A stretch of 64,000 bases of DNA from an uncultured delta proteobacterium (GTDB lineage Bacteria; Desulfobacterota; Desulfobacteria; Desulfobacterales; SpSt-501): positions 408-64,407 of the forward strand of contig CAVOWH010000021.1 of assembly GCA_963700055.1 (NCBI GenBank), given 5' to 3'. A program made the translations under genes and the position numbers. This document shows positions 45,313 to 55,738 of the stretch, piece after piece. The notes under the pieces were generated by a model. It was not told the DNA's origin and did no database searches. It saw only the letters and a list, made by a program, of their open reading frames with translations. Every line of letters starts with the position of its first letter. Position 1 is the stretch's first letter.

Positions 45313-45662
45313 TGAAGGTCAAGCAGATCATGGACTGGTTCCAGCTGGAAATGGCCGCCGGGGGAAACGGCCTTGAACGTGAAATCCACGGCGGATATTG
45401 CGGAGACCTGCTCAGCGACGTCATGGCCAATGCTCCCGTCGGGTGTGTGTGGCTGACCGTCCAAGGCCATCAGAACATCGTGGCGGTTGCCGTTCTGCGG
45501 GAAATGGCAGCCGTGATCCTCACCGGCGATCGCCGACCGGACCCGGACACCTTGAAACGCGCCGACCAGGAGAACATCCCGATCCTGCGGTGGGGCCGTT
45601 CGGCGTATGAACTGGCCGGTGAGATGTATGCGCTCGGAGTGGGAGCCCCTCCGCCGGGTTGA
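45309..45662 (+). CDS. DRTGG-domain protein (second copy)
   Basis: GGYCGDLLSDVMANAPVGCVWLTVQGHQNIVAVAVLREMAAVILTGDRRPDPDTLKRADQENIPIL. Confidence 0.7.
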   Translation: MMKVKQIMDWFQLEMAAGGNGLEREIHGGYCGDLLSDVMANAPVGCVWLTVQGHQNIVAVAVLREMAAVILTGDRRPDPDTLKRADQENIPILRWGRSAYELAGEMYALGVGAPPPG

Positions 45663-45686
45663 ACCGGCCTGTCGGGAGAACGCCCG

Positions 45687-46424
45687 TTGCTGAAAGAAAT
45701 CAAGGCAGACCTTCATGTTCACACCTGCCTGTCGCCCTGCGCGGACTGGGAAATGAGCCCCCGCAAGATCATCCGGCGCAGCCGGGAGGTCCAGCTGGAC
45801 CTGATCGCCGTCTGCGACCACAACTCGGCCGAGAACGCCGCCGCTGTCATGCGCGAGGGGCTCCGCAACGGGGTCTGCGTGTTGCCCGGCCTCGAGATTT
45901 GCTCCCGGGAGGAAGTGCACGTGCTGGCGCTCTTCGGGGAGCCGGAGCAGGCGCTCGCCATGCAGGACATCGTCTATGCCCACTTGTGCGGCGAAAACCG
46001 GCCGGAGCTCTTCGGCTATCAGATTGTCGCCACCGAGGCCGACGAGGTGCTCGCCGAGAACCCTCGCCTGCTCATCGGGGCGACCCGGCTGGGGCTGATG
46101 GACATCGTCCGTGCCACGCATGACCTGAACGGCCTCAGCCTGGCCGCCCACGTGGACCGGCCCGCCAACGGCATCATCAACCAGCTCGGGTTCATTCCGG
46201 CGGACCTGGACATCGACGGCGTCGAGGTGTCCTATCGAATGCCTCCGGCCGCGGCGCAAACCACGCTGCCCGCCATCGGCAACCGGCCCTGCGTGACATT
46301 CTCCGATGCCCACCGCCTGGACGATATCGGCCGCGCCTGCACCGTGTTCCGGATGGCGTCCGCGACCCTCGGGGAGGTGGCATGGGCGCTGAAAGGGGTT
46401 CGCGGAAGGAGGGTTTTGATCTGA
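45687..46424 (+). CDS. PHP-domain (polymerase/histidinol phosphatase-like) metal-dependent phosphoesterase
   Basis: ADLHVHTCLSPCAD, AVCDHNS, LAAHVDRP. Confidence 0.75.
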   Translation: MLKEIKADLHVHTCLSPCADWEMSPRKIIRRSREVQLDLIAVCDHNSAENAAAVMREGLRNGVCVLPGLEICSREEVHVLALFGEPEQALAMQDIVYAHLCGENRPELFGYQIVATEADEVLAENPRLLIGATRLGLMDIVRATHDLNGLSLAAHVDRPANGIINQLGFIPADLDIDGVEVSYRMPPAAAQTTLPAIGNRPCVTFSDAHRLDDIGRACTVFRMASATLGEVAWALKGVRGRRVLI

Positions 46425-47006
46425 ATGCGGGAGCTGTCGCTGCACATCCTGGATATCGCCGAGAACGGCATCACCGCCGGCGCTGATCATCTGCTCATTC
46501 GAGTGGAGGAGTCCAGCGCTGACGACCGGCTGACCCTGTCGGTGGAAGACAACGGCCGCGGCATGCCCGAAGAAAAAACCAGGCACATCGACGACCCTTT
46601 CATCACCACCCGCACGACCCGCCGGGTGGGCTTGGGGCTTTCCCTGCTCGCCTCAGCGGCGAGGCGCTGCGAAGGGGACATCCGCGTGCACGCGCGGCGC
46701 GAAAAAGGAACCCGGGTGACGGCGACCTTCCGCCGCAGCCATATCGACCGCGCTCCTCTTGGCGATATGGCGGCCACCCTGGAAGTGTTGATCATGGGGA
46801 ATCCTCATATTGACTTTCGCTACACTCACAGGGTAGATGGGAGAGAATGGGTACTGGACACCCGGGATCTCAAAACCGAGCTGGGGAACCTCTCCCTGGG
46901 CGACCCGACGGTCCTGCGCCACGTGTCGGATCTGACGCGGCGCGCACTCGATGAACTGGCTGCCGGCGCCAACCTGACCCCGCCGATGGAGGAGGCCGAT
47001 GTCTAA
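46425..47006 (+). CDS. GHKL-type ATP-binding protein (second copy)
   Basis: LHILDIAENGITAGA, VEDNGRGMPEE, GLGLSLL, GTRVTATF. Confidence 0.65.
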   Translation: MRELSLHILDIAENGITAGADHLLIRVEESSADDRLTLSVEDNGRGMPEEKTRHIDDPFITTRTTRRVGLGLSLLASAARRCEGDIRVHARREKGTRVTATFRRSHIDRAPLGDMAATLEVLIMGNPHIDFRYTHRVDGREWVLDTRDLKTELGNLSLGDPTVLRHVSDLTRRALDELAAGANLTPPMEEADV

Positions 47007-47364
47007 GCTGACCTTTGAGGACCTAAAACGCATTAAGCACAAAACCGCCGGCGCCATGGCGCTGCGCCTGGATAAACCCCGGGCAACGATCACCGTGCAC
47101 TTGGGAACCTGCGGCATCGCCGCCGGGGCTCGGGAGGTGATGCAAGCCCTCCTGGGCGAGGTGTCGGCTTCCAACCGCCCCGATGTCCAGGTGCTTGCTG
47201 CCGGTTGCACGGGCAGCTGCACCAGCGAGCCGAATGTCACCGTTGCGGTCGAGGGATCGGAACCCGTCGTCTATCAGAAGATGGATCGTGCCAAGATCCA
47301 ACAGGTATTCCAGCAGCACATCCTCGCCGGCGAAGTCCTGCGCGAGTTTGTCGTGAGCCGATAG
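46999..47364 (+). CDS. Thioredoxin-like [2Fe-2S] ferredoxin (NuoE/HydC-type fold)
   Basis: VHLGTCGIAAGAREV...AGCTGSCTSEPNVTV; size and Cys spacing fit the family. Confidence 0.7.
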   Translation: MSKLTFEDLKRIKHKTAGAMALRLDKPRATITVHLGTCGIAAGAREVMQALLGEVSASNRPDVQVLAAGCTGSCTSEPNVTVAVEGSEPVVYQKMDRAKIQQVFQQHILAGEVLREFVVSR

Positions 47365-47401
47365 CAGCGGCTCAAGCTTATCTTCGGATTTTCGGCCTCC
47401 C

Positions 47402-48547
<1,146 letters not shown>

Positions 48548-48604
48548 GAAGACCCGCCGGCACTCCGTCATCATCGCTGATTCCTCCATCCCAAGCTTGA
48601 TTTT

Positions 48605-49087
48605 ATGCTCACCGACCTCGAAAAAAAAGTCATCGCCTCCATTCAGCAGGACATGCCCGTCGTGGCGCGCCCCTATTCCCACATCGCACGCCGCATCGGG
48701 CTTTCCGAGGACGCCCTTCTGGAAACGCTGCGCGGCCTCTGCGAATGTGGGATCATCCGCCGCTTCGGCGCCACCCTGCGTCACCAGCGCACGGGCTATC
48801 TGGCCAATGCCATGGCCGCCTGGAAGGTGGCTGAAGATCGTATCGACGATGTCGGAAAAGCGATGGCGTCCTTTCGGCAAGTGTCGCACTGTTACCGGCG
48901 CAACCCCACCCCGTCGTGGCCTTACAATCTATACACGATGATTCATGCCGACGACGAAGCCGCCTGCCGTGAAACCGCCCGCGAAATGGCCAGGGCTGCC
49001 GCTGTAGACGACTACGCCCTGCTTTTCAGCCGGGAGGAGCTTAAAAAAACCTCGATGGTCTACTTCGCCACGGACGATGAAGAATGA
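48605..49087 (+). CDS. NirD/NirL/AhbA-AhbB-family (siroheme decarboxylase-like, Lrp/AsnC fold) protein
   Basis: LTDLEKKVIASIQQDMPVVARPYSHIARRIGLSEDALLETLRGLCECGIIRRFGATLRH...ANAMAAWKV. A single copy only. Confidence 0.65.
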   Translation: MLTDLEKKVIASIQQDMPVVARPYSHIARRIGLSEDALLETLRGLCECGIIRRFGATLRHQRTGYLANAMAAWKVAEDRIDDVGKAMASFRQVSHCYRRNPTPSWPYNLYTMIHADDEAACRETAREMARAAAVDDYALLFSREELKKTSMVYFATDDEE

Positions 49088-50414
49088 CGCCCCTCACATT
49101 CTTCTCGTCAACCCCTGGATTCACGACTTTGCCGCCTATGACTTCTGGGCCAAGCCGCTGGGGCTGCTGAGCCTGGCCGCCCTTCTCCGCCGGCACGGCT
49201 GCCGGGTGGCCTACATCGACTGCTTGGACCGCTTCCATCCTCGGATGCCGCGGTCCGACCCCGGCGCGCGCCACGGACGCGGTCCGTATCGAAAAACCCG
49301 GCTGCCCAAACCACCCCGGTTGGCAGATGTTCCGCGCCGGTTCTCGCGCTACGGGATCGACCCCGCCTGGTTTCGGGAAGACCTCGGCGCCATCCGGCGC
49401 CCGGACCTCATATTGGTCACCTCGGTCATGACCTATTGGTACACGGGGGTCCGCGAAACCGTGGCGATCGTGAAAGACCTCTTTCCGCAGACGCCGGTGG
49501 TCCTCGGCGGCATCTATGCCACGCTCTGCCGGGACCACGCCCGCCGATGGTGCGGGGCGGATGAGGTTTTTCCCGGTTCCGCCGAGGCGGCCGTGCTCGA
49601 CCTTGTGAACACCCATACCGGCTGGACGTCCTCGCCGGTTTTCATTTCCGACCAGCTCGACACCTATCCGTTCCCGGCCTTCGATCTCCAGCATCAGATC
49701 CCCTGCGTGCCGTTGCTGACCACCCGCGGCTGCCCGTTCGCCTGCGCCTACTGCGCGGCGCATCTACTGGAACCGCGCCGGCTGCGCCGCAGCCCGGAGT
49801 CGGTCGTGGCGGAACTGCTCCATTGGCACCGCCGGTGGGGCGTGTCGGATTTCGTGTTGTACGACGACGCCTTTCTCGCGGACCCGGCAGGCCATGCCCT
49901 GCCGGTCCTCGAGGCCGTCGTGCGCAGCGGCCTTGGAGTGCGTTTCCACACCCCGAACGCCGTGCACATCCGCGGCATCACCCCCGAAGCAGCGCAGCTC
50001 ATGTTCAGAGCCGGTTTCACCACGCTGCGCCTGGGCCTGGAGACCGCCGAGTTCGAAAATCGCGATCTGGACCACAAGGTCACGGCCGCGGAGTTCGAAC
50101 AAGCGGTTCGATGGCTGAAGAACGCAGGCTTCAGCCACCGTCAGATGGGGGCTTATCTGCTCGTGGGGTTGCCGGGGCAGGAAACGGCGTCCATCGTTCG
50201 ATCCATCGCCGCCGTCAAACGCGCCGGCATCCCGCCGGTCCTGGCCTATTACGCGCCGATCCCAGGCACCGCGCTGTGGAATCAAGCGGTGGCCGCCTCG
50301 CGCTACGACCTCGCCGCGGACCCGCTTTGCACCAACAATGCCGTTCTGCCCTGCCGCCGGGAGCCGTTCAACGCGCGATGGCCGTCGGAGCTGAAGCGGT
50401 TGGCGGCATGCTGA
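49077..50414 (+). CDS. B12-binding-domain radical SAM protein
   Basis: N-terminal Rossmann-like ILLVNPWIHDFAAYDF...LLSLAALLRRHG and radical SAM LLTTRGCPFACAYCA. It overlaps the upstream gene by 11 nt. Confidence 0.7.
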   Translation: MKNDAPHILLVNPWIHDFAAYDFWAKPLGLLSLAALLRRHGCRVAYIDCLDRFHPRMPRSDPGARHGRGPYRKTRLPKPPRLADVPRRFSRYGIDPAWFREDLGAIRRPDLILVTSVMTYWYTGVRETVAIVKDLFPQTPVVLGGIYATLCRDHARRWCGADEVFPGSAEAAVLDLVNTHTGWTSSPVFISDQLDTYPFPAFDLQHQIPCVPLLTTRGCPFACAYCAAHLLEPRRLRRSPESVVAELLHWHRRWGVSDFVLYDDAFLADPAGHALPVLEAVVRSGLGVRFHTPNAVHIRGITPEAAQLMFRAGFTTLRLGLETAEFENRDLDHKVTAAEFEQAVRWLKNAGFSHRQMGAYLLVGLPGQETASIVRSIAAVKRAGIPPVLAYYAPIPGTALWNQAVAASRYDLAADPLCTNNAVLPCRREPFNARWPSELKRLAAC

Positions 50415-50576
50415 CGTGGCCGTGACGGTCCCGGAATTGACAGCCATCCACCCGCACGCTTATAGTGCAGCCGATCCCGAATGGACGCCTGCGGACGCGG
50501 CGTTGCGATCGTGACACCGCCCCGCCGTTTAATGGCTGTTACCCAGAAACGAACGCTGATCAGGAGAATCGACGCC

Positions 50577-52047
50577 ATGCTGCATCTCGCCGCCATCGAC
50601 CTTAAACGTCAAACGATCAGTATTCTCTTCATCCCTGTTTGCGAGAACAAGCCCATCCATGCCGATCCGGTGGTCTCGGCGCTGGTGGAGCGGGCGCTGG
50701 CTTTTGAGGAGTTCATGGGGAAAGAAGACCAGGAGATCACCTTGTATCAACCGCCGGGATGCGCGGCCGAAAGAGTGGTCTTGCGGGGGCTCGGCAAAGC
50801 CGAGGCACTCGATGCCGAAACGCTGCGGCAGATGGCCGGAAAATGCGTCAAACGCTGCATCCAGCTGGGGCTGGCGCGCATGTGGCTGGCAGCCCCGGAT
50901 CCGGCTGCCACCGGCATGGAAGAAACCGAGCAGTTGAAAGCGCTGATGGAAGGCGCTTTTAGGCAACCACCTTTTCGACCGGTACAAACAGCACAAAGAA
51001 AAGAAGCCCCTGGCGCGCATCGACGTCGTCGTAGCGTCGAAGCCGGCCGCCCGACTTCGCCGCCTGCCGGCCGAGATCGAGACGGTTTGCGGCGCCGCCC
51101 TGAGCGCGCGGGAATGGGTCAACCTGCCCTCCAACGAAAAACCGCCTGAGGTCCTGGCGCAGATCATCGTGCGGGAAGCCAAAGCGTGGGGGCTTGGGGC
51201 CGAGGTGTTCACGGAAAAACAATTGCAGCAGAAAAAAATGGGGGCGCTGCTGGCCGTCGGCGCCGGCAGCGCCAACCGACCCGCCCTGGTGGTCCTCCAC
51301 CACAAGGCCGGAGACCGCCGTCCGCCGGTGGTCCTGGTGGGCAAGGGCGTTACCTTCGACTCGGGCGGCATCAACCTCAAAACCGGCGAATCCCTGCCCG
51401 ACATGAAAGGCGACATGGCCGGGGCGGCCGCGGTGGCTGCCACCCTGATCGCTGCCGCCGGCCTGAAACTCAAGCGCCGCCTGATCGGAGTGATCCCGCT
51501 CGCGGAAAACATGGTCTCCGGCCGGTCCACCCGGCCGGGGGATATCGTCAAGACGTTCTCCGGCAAGACGGTGGAAATCGGCAACACCGACGCGGAGGGC
51601 CGGCTGATCCTGATCGACGCCATGGCGTATGCCGAGTGGCGGTTCAAACCCGAGGTGATGATCGATGTGGCCACTCTGACAGGCGCCTGCGTCGTGGCGC
51701 TGGGAGAAAAAATCGCCGGCGTCTTCTCCAAGGACGAGGCCCTGCAGAAAGGCATCCTGCTGTCGGGGCGCCGCACCCATGAACGCTGCTGGCCCCTGCC
51801 ATTGCCGGAGGACTACAAGGAACTTCTGAAAAGCGCTTATGCCGACATCGGCAACATGCCCAGCACCCGTTACGGCGCCGCGATTTCCGCCGCCCTGTTT
51901 CTATCAGAATTCGTCGGCAAGACACGCTGGGCGCACATCGACATCGCCGGCCCCGCCTACCATAAAAAAGAAGACGCCTACTGCGGCCCCGGCGGCACCG
52001 GCTTCGGGGTGCGGTTGCTGATGGATTGGCTGATGAACCTCGACTGA
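50577..52047 (+). pseudogene. pepA: Leucyl aminopeptidase (M17), one frameshift
   Basis: The N-terminal domain is in frame 0 (MLHLAAIDLKRQTISILFIPVCE...ALMEGAF). After the T-run at 50957-50960 the sequence continues in frame 1: LGNHLFDRYKQHKEKKP...REWVNLPSN...VGKGVTFDSGGINLK...NTDAEGRLIL. Confidence 0.8.
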
Positions 52048-52496
52048 AAGAAACGCCGATGCCGAGCTTCAAAGCGGTTGATATGGATTTCGAATCGCGC
52101 ATCCGGGCCAGCTTCGGCCGCCAAAGGGTGATGCAGACGATCGGGGCCCGCATAGAACGGATCAGCACCGGCGAGGTCCGCATCGAGCTTCCGTTCAGCC
52201 CGTCCTTAACCCAGCAGCACGGCTACCTTCATGCCGGCATCGTCGGCATCATCGCCGACAGCGCCTGCGGATACGCCGCCTACACCTTGATGCCCGCCGA
52301 CTCGGAAGTGCTGTCGGTCGAGTACAAGATCAATTTCCTCTCGCCCGCCCGGGGGCAAACGTTCGTCGCCACCGGCAGGGTGGTCAAGCCGGGCCGCACC
52401 TTGACCGTATGCGCGGGCGATGTATGGGCGCACAACGATGGTGAACCAAAGCTCGTCGCCACCATGCAAGCCACCATGATCCGTGTTCCCAAATGA
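52026..52496 (+). CDS. PaaI-family (hotdog-fold) thioesterase
   Basis: GEVRIELPF...QQHGYLHAGIVGIIADSACGYAA...VEYKINFLSPARG. The start may be ATG 52059. Confidence 0.75.
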   Translation: MADEPRLKETPMPSFKAVDMDFESRIRASFGRQRVMQTIGARIERISTGEVRIELPFSPSLTQQHGYLHAGIVGIIADSACGYAAYTLMPADSEVLSVEYKINFLSPARGQTFVATGRVVKPGRTLTVCAGDVWAHNDGEPKLVATMQATMIRVPK

Positions 52497-52566
52497 CCTA
52501 AATGAAAAGCGCCGCGTGCAGCGATCCGGTTTGCGGTGCAGCCGTCCCGATTCCACTGCCGGTAAT

Positions 52567-52595
52567 TTGACCCGTTCAAATTCACGGGTTATGAT
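52567..52595 (+). promoter_or_regulatory. Sigma70-like promoter candidate
   Basis: TTGACC (52567-72), 17-nt spacer, TATGAT (52590-95). The spacer contains the small inverted repeat acccg/cgggt. Confidence 0.4.
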
Positions 52596-52649
52596 GATCA
52601 CGTCATTCCGTGCAGCGCTTTAGAGCCGAAAAGTAGCGCCAACCCTATC

Positions 52650-52800
52650 ATGAACTTCAAAATCGTCCTGAAGAACCTGCTGAGCCGCTTTTCCGAAGCG
52701 GGAGTTGATGTTGCGCTATCGGGAGGATTGGCGCTGAGCACGATGGGAATTTTTCGGTTTACCAGGGACGTTGACTTTGTGATTCTCGAAGAGTGCGAGG
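52650..52800 (+). pseudogene. Nucleotidyltransferase-fold (AbiEii/MNT-like) N-terminal remnant
   Basis: LLSRFSEAGVDVALSGGLALSTMGIFRFTRDVDFVILE resembles the G[GS]...D.D nucleotidyltransferase core. The remainder of the ORF is nonsense and overlaps the convergent ybaK-like gene. Confidence 0.3.
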
Positions 52801-52894
52801 ATCATGCCCCCGGCGCTGGCCGCCCGGAATTTGGCGTTCTCCGAAAAAAGCAGGGAGGGAAATGGTCCAACACGGTCTTCTTTGTGAACCGTCA

Positions 52895-53350
52895 TTACAC
52901 CATCTTGGGGCTGCACAGCTTTTTCAGGTCCCAGGATTTTATTTTGTAAGATTTGTGGTGCACGCCGGGATTGAAATAGACAAACTCCTTCTTGGTGATG
53001 TCCGGATCCATGTAGATCGACAGCGGAACCCGTTGGCCGAACGGCGGGACGCAACCCACTTCGCAGCCTACCTTTTCCAGGACCTCGTCGGGTTTGGCAA
53101 AGGCGACTTTCTTGGTGCCGATGCCGGCGGCCGCCTTTTTCCAATCCACCTTCTTGTCTCCCGGAAGCACGAGCACGACCATTTCCTTTTCCCGGGTCAT
53201 CAGCACCAGGGACTTAACCGTCTCCGATTCGCCGACTCCGAGCGCGACGGCCATGGTTGGATTGGTATAAACCGGTTCGTGTTCGAAGACTTCGTAATGG
53301 ACCTCGTGCCCTTTCAAAATGCCGATGATCTTTTCTTCTACGGCTGACAT
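52895..53350 (-). CDS. YbaK/EbsC/ProX-type aminoacyl-tRNA deacylase domain protein
   Basis: 151 aa: TVKSLVLMTREKEMVVLVLPGDKKVDWKKAA...GCVPPFG...VYFNPG. Confidence 0.75.
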   Translation of the reverse strand: MSAVEEKIIGILKGHEVHYEVFEHEPVYTNPTMAVALGVGESETVKSLVLMTREKEMVVLVLPGDKKVDWKKAAAGIGTKKVAFAKPDEVLEKVGCEVGCVPPFGQRVPLSIYMDPDITKKEFVYFNPGVHHKSYKIKSWDLKKLCSPKMV

Positions 53351-53492
53351 GCGTTTCTCCTGAATGATGGTCTCGTAAAAAGCGGGTTACGGCGCACAGC
53401 GCCATCCGACGTGGTAACGAAGTGTCGCCCTTGGCATGTGGCGCTATAAATTCGAATTTGGTTCCGGCCTGTCCGGGTTGGGTGGAAACACG

Positions 53493-55526
53493 TCAGGTCG
53501 TCGCCGCGTCGACGATCTCGGCTATGTCCTTGATGCTCACGGCGGACTGGCAATCGCGCAGCCCGTCGGAAAGCATCGTGGCGCAGAACGGGCAGGCTGC
53601 GGCGACCAGGGGTGCGCCGCTGGCGATCACCTCCTCGGCGCGCTCGATGTTGATGCGCTTGCCGATGGCCTCCTCCATGAACATGCGGCCGCCGCCGGCC
53701 CCGCAGCAAAAGCCCTTCTCGCCGTGCCGGCGCAGCTCGGTCAGGCGGAGCCCGGGGTGCGCGGCGCGCAAAAGATTCCGCGGCGCTTCGAAGATGCCGT
53801 TCCAGCGCCCCAGGTAGCATGAGTCCTGGAAAGTCATGGCTTCGACGGCCGGGCCGTTTTCCCCCGAGCCTTTCATCCCTTGGACACTTTTCAGGCGCCC
53901 CTGCCTGAAAAGTGCGTGCAGCAATTCGCTGTGATGCACGACGGGGTAGTCAGCCCCGAACGGCGGATATTCATTCTTGATGATATTGAAGCAGTGCGGG
54001 CAGCCGGTGAGGATTTTCTTAGGCGTGTACTGGTTGATCACTTCAACATTCTGCTTGATCAGCATCTGGGCGAGATACTCGTTGCCGGCCCTGCGTGCCA
54101 GATCGCCGTTGCAGGCCTCCTCCGGGCCCAGGATGGCGAAATCCACTCCGGCGCGCTGCAGCACTCGCGCCATGGCCTGGGCGATCTTCTTTCCGCGGTC
54201 GTCGAAAGCGCCGGCGCACCCCACGAAATATAATATCTCGGCCTCCGGACGGTCGCACATCAGGGGAACGTTCATCCCCTTGCTCCAGTCGGCCCGGGTG
54301 TCGGCGCTGAAACCCCATGGATTGGCCTGGTTTTCCAGGTTAATGAAAGTCTCCTGCATCTCCGGCGGGAAGCTCGCCTGCATGAGCACCTGATGCTTGC
54401 GGGTCTCCAAAATAAAATCGAGCTGTTCGATGTTGACCGGGCATATGTCCTCGCAGGCCCGGCAGGTGGTGCAGGACCAGATCACATCGGCCGTCAGGGC
54501 AGAGCCTTCCCGGACGATGGGCTCGACGGCGTCGCTCTTGCGGGCCAATACCGCGTCGGCGTGGGCCAGGAGGTCCAGCTTGAAGTCGTGGATCACCTTT
54601 TTCGGCGACAACGGCTTGCCCGTCTGAGCGGCCGGGCACTGCTCTTCGCAGCGCCCGCACTCGGTGCAGGCATAGAGATTGAGCACGTTTTTCCAATTCA
54701 GCTCGCTGACCTTGCCCAGGCCGAACGTCTCCGCGCTCTCATTCTCGATGTCGGTCTTGGGCATGGCCTTTTCTCGCTCAAGCGGCTTGAGAAAGACGTT
54801 GGGCGCGGCGGCGAGCAGATGCAGGTGCTTGGAGCCTGGAATGTAGACCAGGAACCCCAGGATGATGGCCATGTGCAGCCAATAGGCGATCTCATAGCCT
54901 GCCGCGACCGGCCCGGCGCCAAGCCGTCCCAATCCCAGCATGCCGATCCAGAGGCCGGATACGGGAAAGACCCCGCGATAATCGAAGGCCGCGCCGTGGA
55001 CGGGCAGCAGCGCTTGAAAGACATTGATGAACTGGAAGGTGACGATGACCCCGCAGGTGAATAGAATGATCAGGTTGGCATCGGTACCCAGGGTCAGATA
55101 CCTGGGCCGTTCCACGACCCGGCGGTAAATGGCATAGGCGAAACCGACCAGCACCAGGGCCGCCAGAATGTCGGCCACGAAGAGATAGCCGCCGTAAACG
55201 CCCGGGAACCATTTGGCCGGGTCGAAGGCCGGGCACACCCCCTTGAGCATCAGCTCCAGGGAGTGCGGCTGCACCGCCAGAAACCCGAAGAGAATCAAGG
55301 TGTGCGCCACACCGGGCAAGACCTTGCGGCGCACGTTGGATTGGCCCACCACGTCGGTGAGCAACACCATCAGACGCTCTTTGACGCGGTCGAGCGTGAA
55401 AGGCAACTTGCCCTGGACCGAGCGCATGAGGCGGAAAAGGCGCCTGACGCGTATGAAGAAAACGGAGAAGGCGGCGATGAGGGCCGCCAGCATCAGAATC
55501 GATTTGACAACGATGTACGAATCCAT
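53493..55526 (-). CDS. Membrane-anchored HdrD/DsrK/GlpC-like Fe-S oxidoreductase (N-terminal polytopic domain + 2x[4Fe-4S] + two CCG domains)
   Basis: ATG 55526 after GGGGGAG. About 6 TM segments. CTECGRCEEQCPA and CTTCRACEDICPV. CCG-type segments are YFVGCAG, CPHCFN, FQDSCYLGRWNG and FCCGAGGG. Confidence 0.8.
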   Translation of the reverse strand: MDSYIVVKSILMLAALIAAFSVFFIRVRRLFRLMRSVQGKLPFTLDRVKERLMVLLTDVVGQSNVRRKVLPGVAHTLILFGFLAVQPHSLELMLKGVCPAFDPAKWFPGVYGGYLFVADILAALVLVGFAYAIYRRVVERPRYLTLGTDANLIILFTCGVIVTFQFINVFQALLPVHGAAFDYRGVFPVSGLWIGMLGLGRLGAGPVAAGYEIAYWLHMAIILGFLVYIPGSKHLHLLAAAPNVFLKPLEREKAMPKTDIENESAETFGLGKVSELNWKNVLNLYACTECGRCEEQCPAAQTGKPLSPKKVIHDFKLDLLAHADAVLARKSDAVEPIVREGSALTADVIWSCTTCRACEDICPVNIEQLDFILETRKHQVLMQASFPPEMQETFINLENQANPWGFSADTRADWSKGMNVPLMCDRPEAEILYFVGCAGAFDDRGKKIAQAMARVLQRAGVDFAILGPEEACNGDLARRAGNEYLAQMLIKQNVEVINQYTPKKILTGCPHCFNIIKNEYPPFGADYPVVHHSELLHALFRQGRLKSVQGMKGSGENGPAVEAMTFQDSCYLGRWNGIFEAPRNLLRAAHPGLRLTELRRHGEKGFCCGAGGGRMFMEEAIGKRINIERAEEVIASGAPLVAAACPFCATMLSDGLRDCQSAVSIKDIAEIVDAATT

Positions 55527-55738
55527 AAAAACTCCCCCGCCCAAGCGCCGTGCGCCTTGGTCGGCGGCCTGATGTTAAATTTTAATCATTTGTTTATGAA
55601 TGTTAGATCGTTCATGGTCACAAAGGATGAACAAATGACGAAATCAAACAAATTAAGTATTATGCCAAAAATCGAAAAAGCGAGCAACTGGCTGAAAAAC
55701 GGTTCATTTTCAATCCTGCAGGGGGTATGGCCCGCGCG

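Noticed and set aside
45018-46586. 522-aa minus-strand ORF spanning the HydA-like/DRTGG/PHP genes, and similar long antisense ORFs at 15953..17404, 20730..21872, 35559..36488 and 41197..42426
   Set aside because: Each overlaps intact, motif-bearing genes on the other strand, crosses gene boundaries and has no recognisable domain. They are GC-driven open frames.
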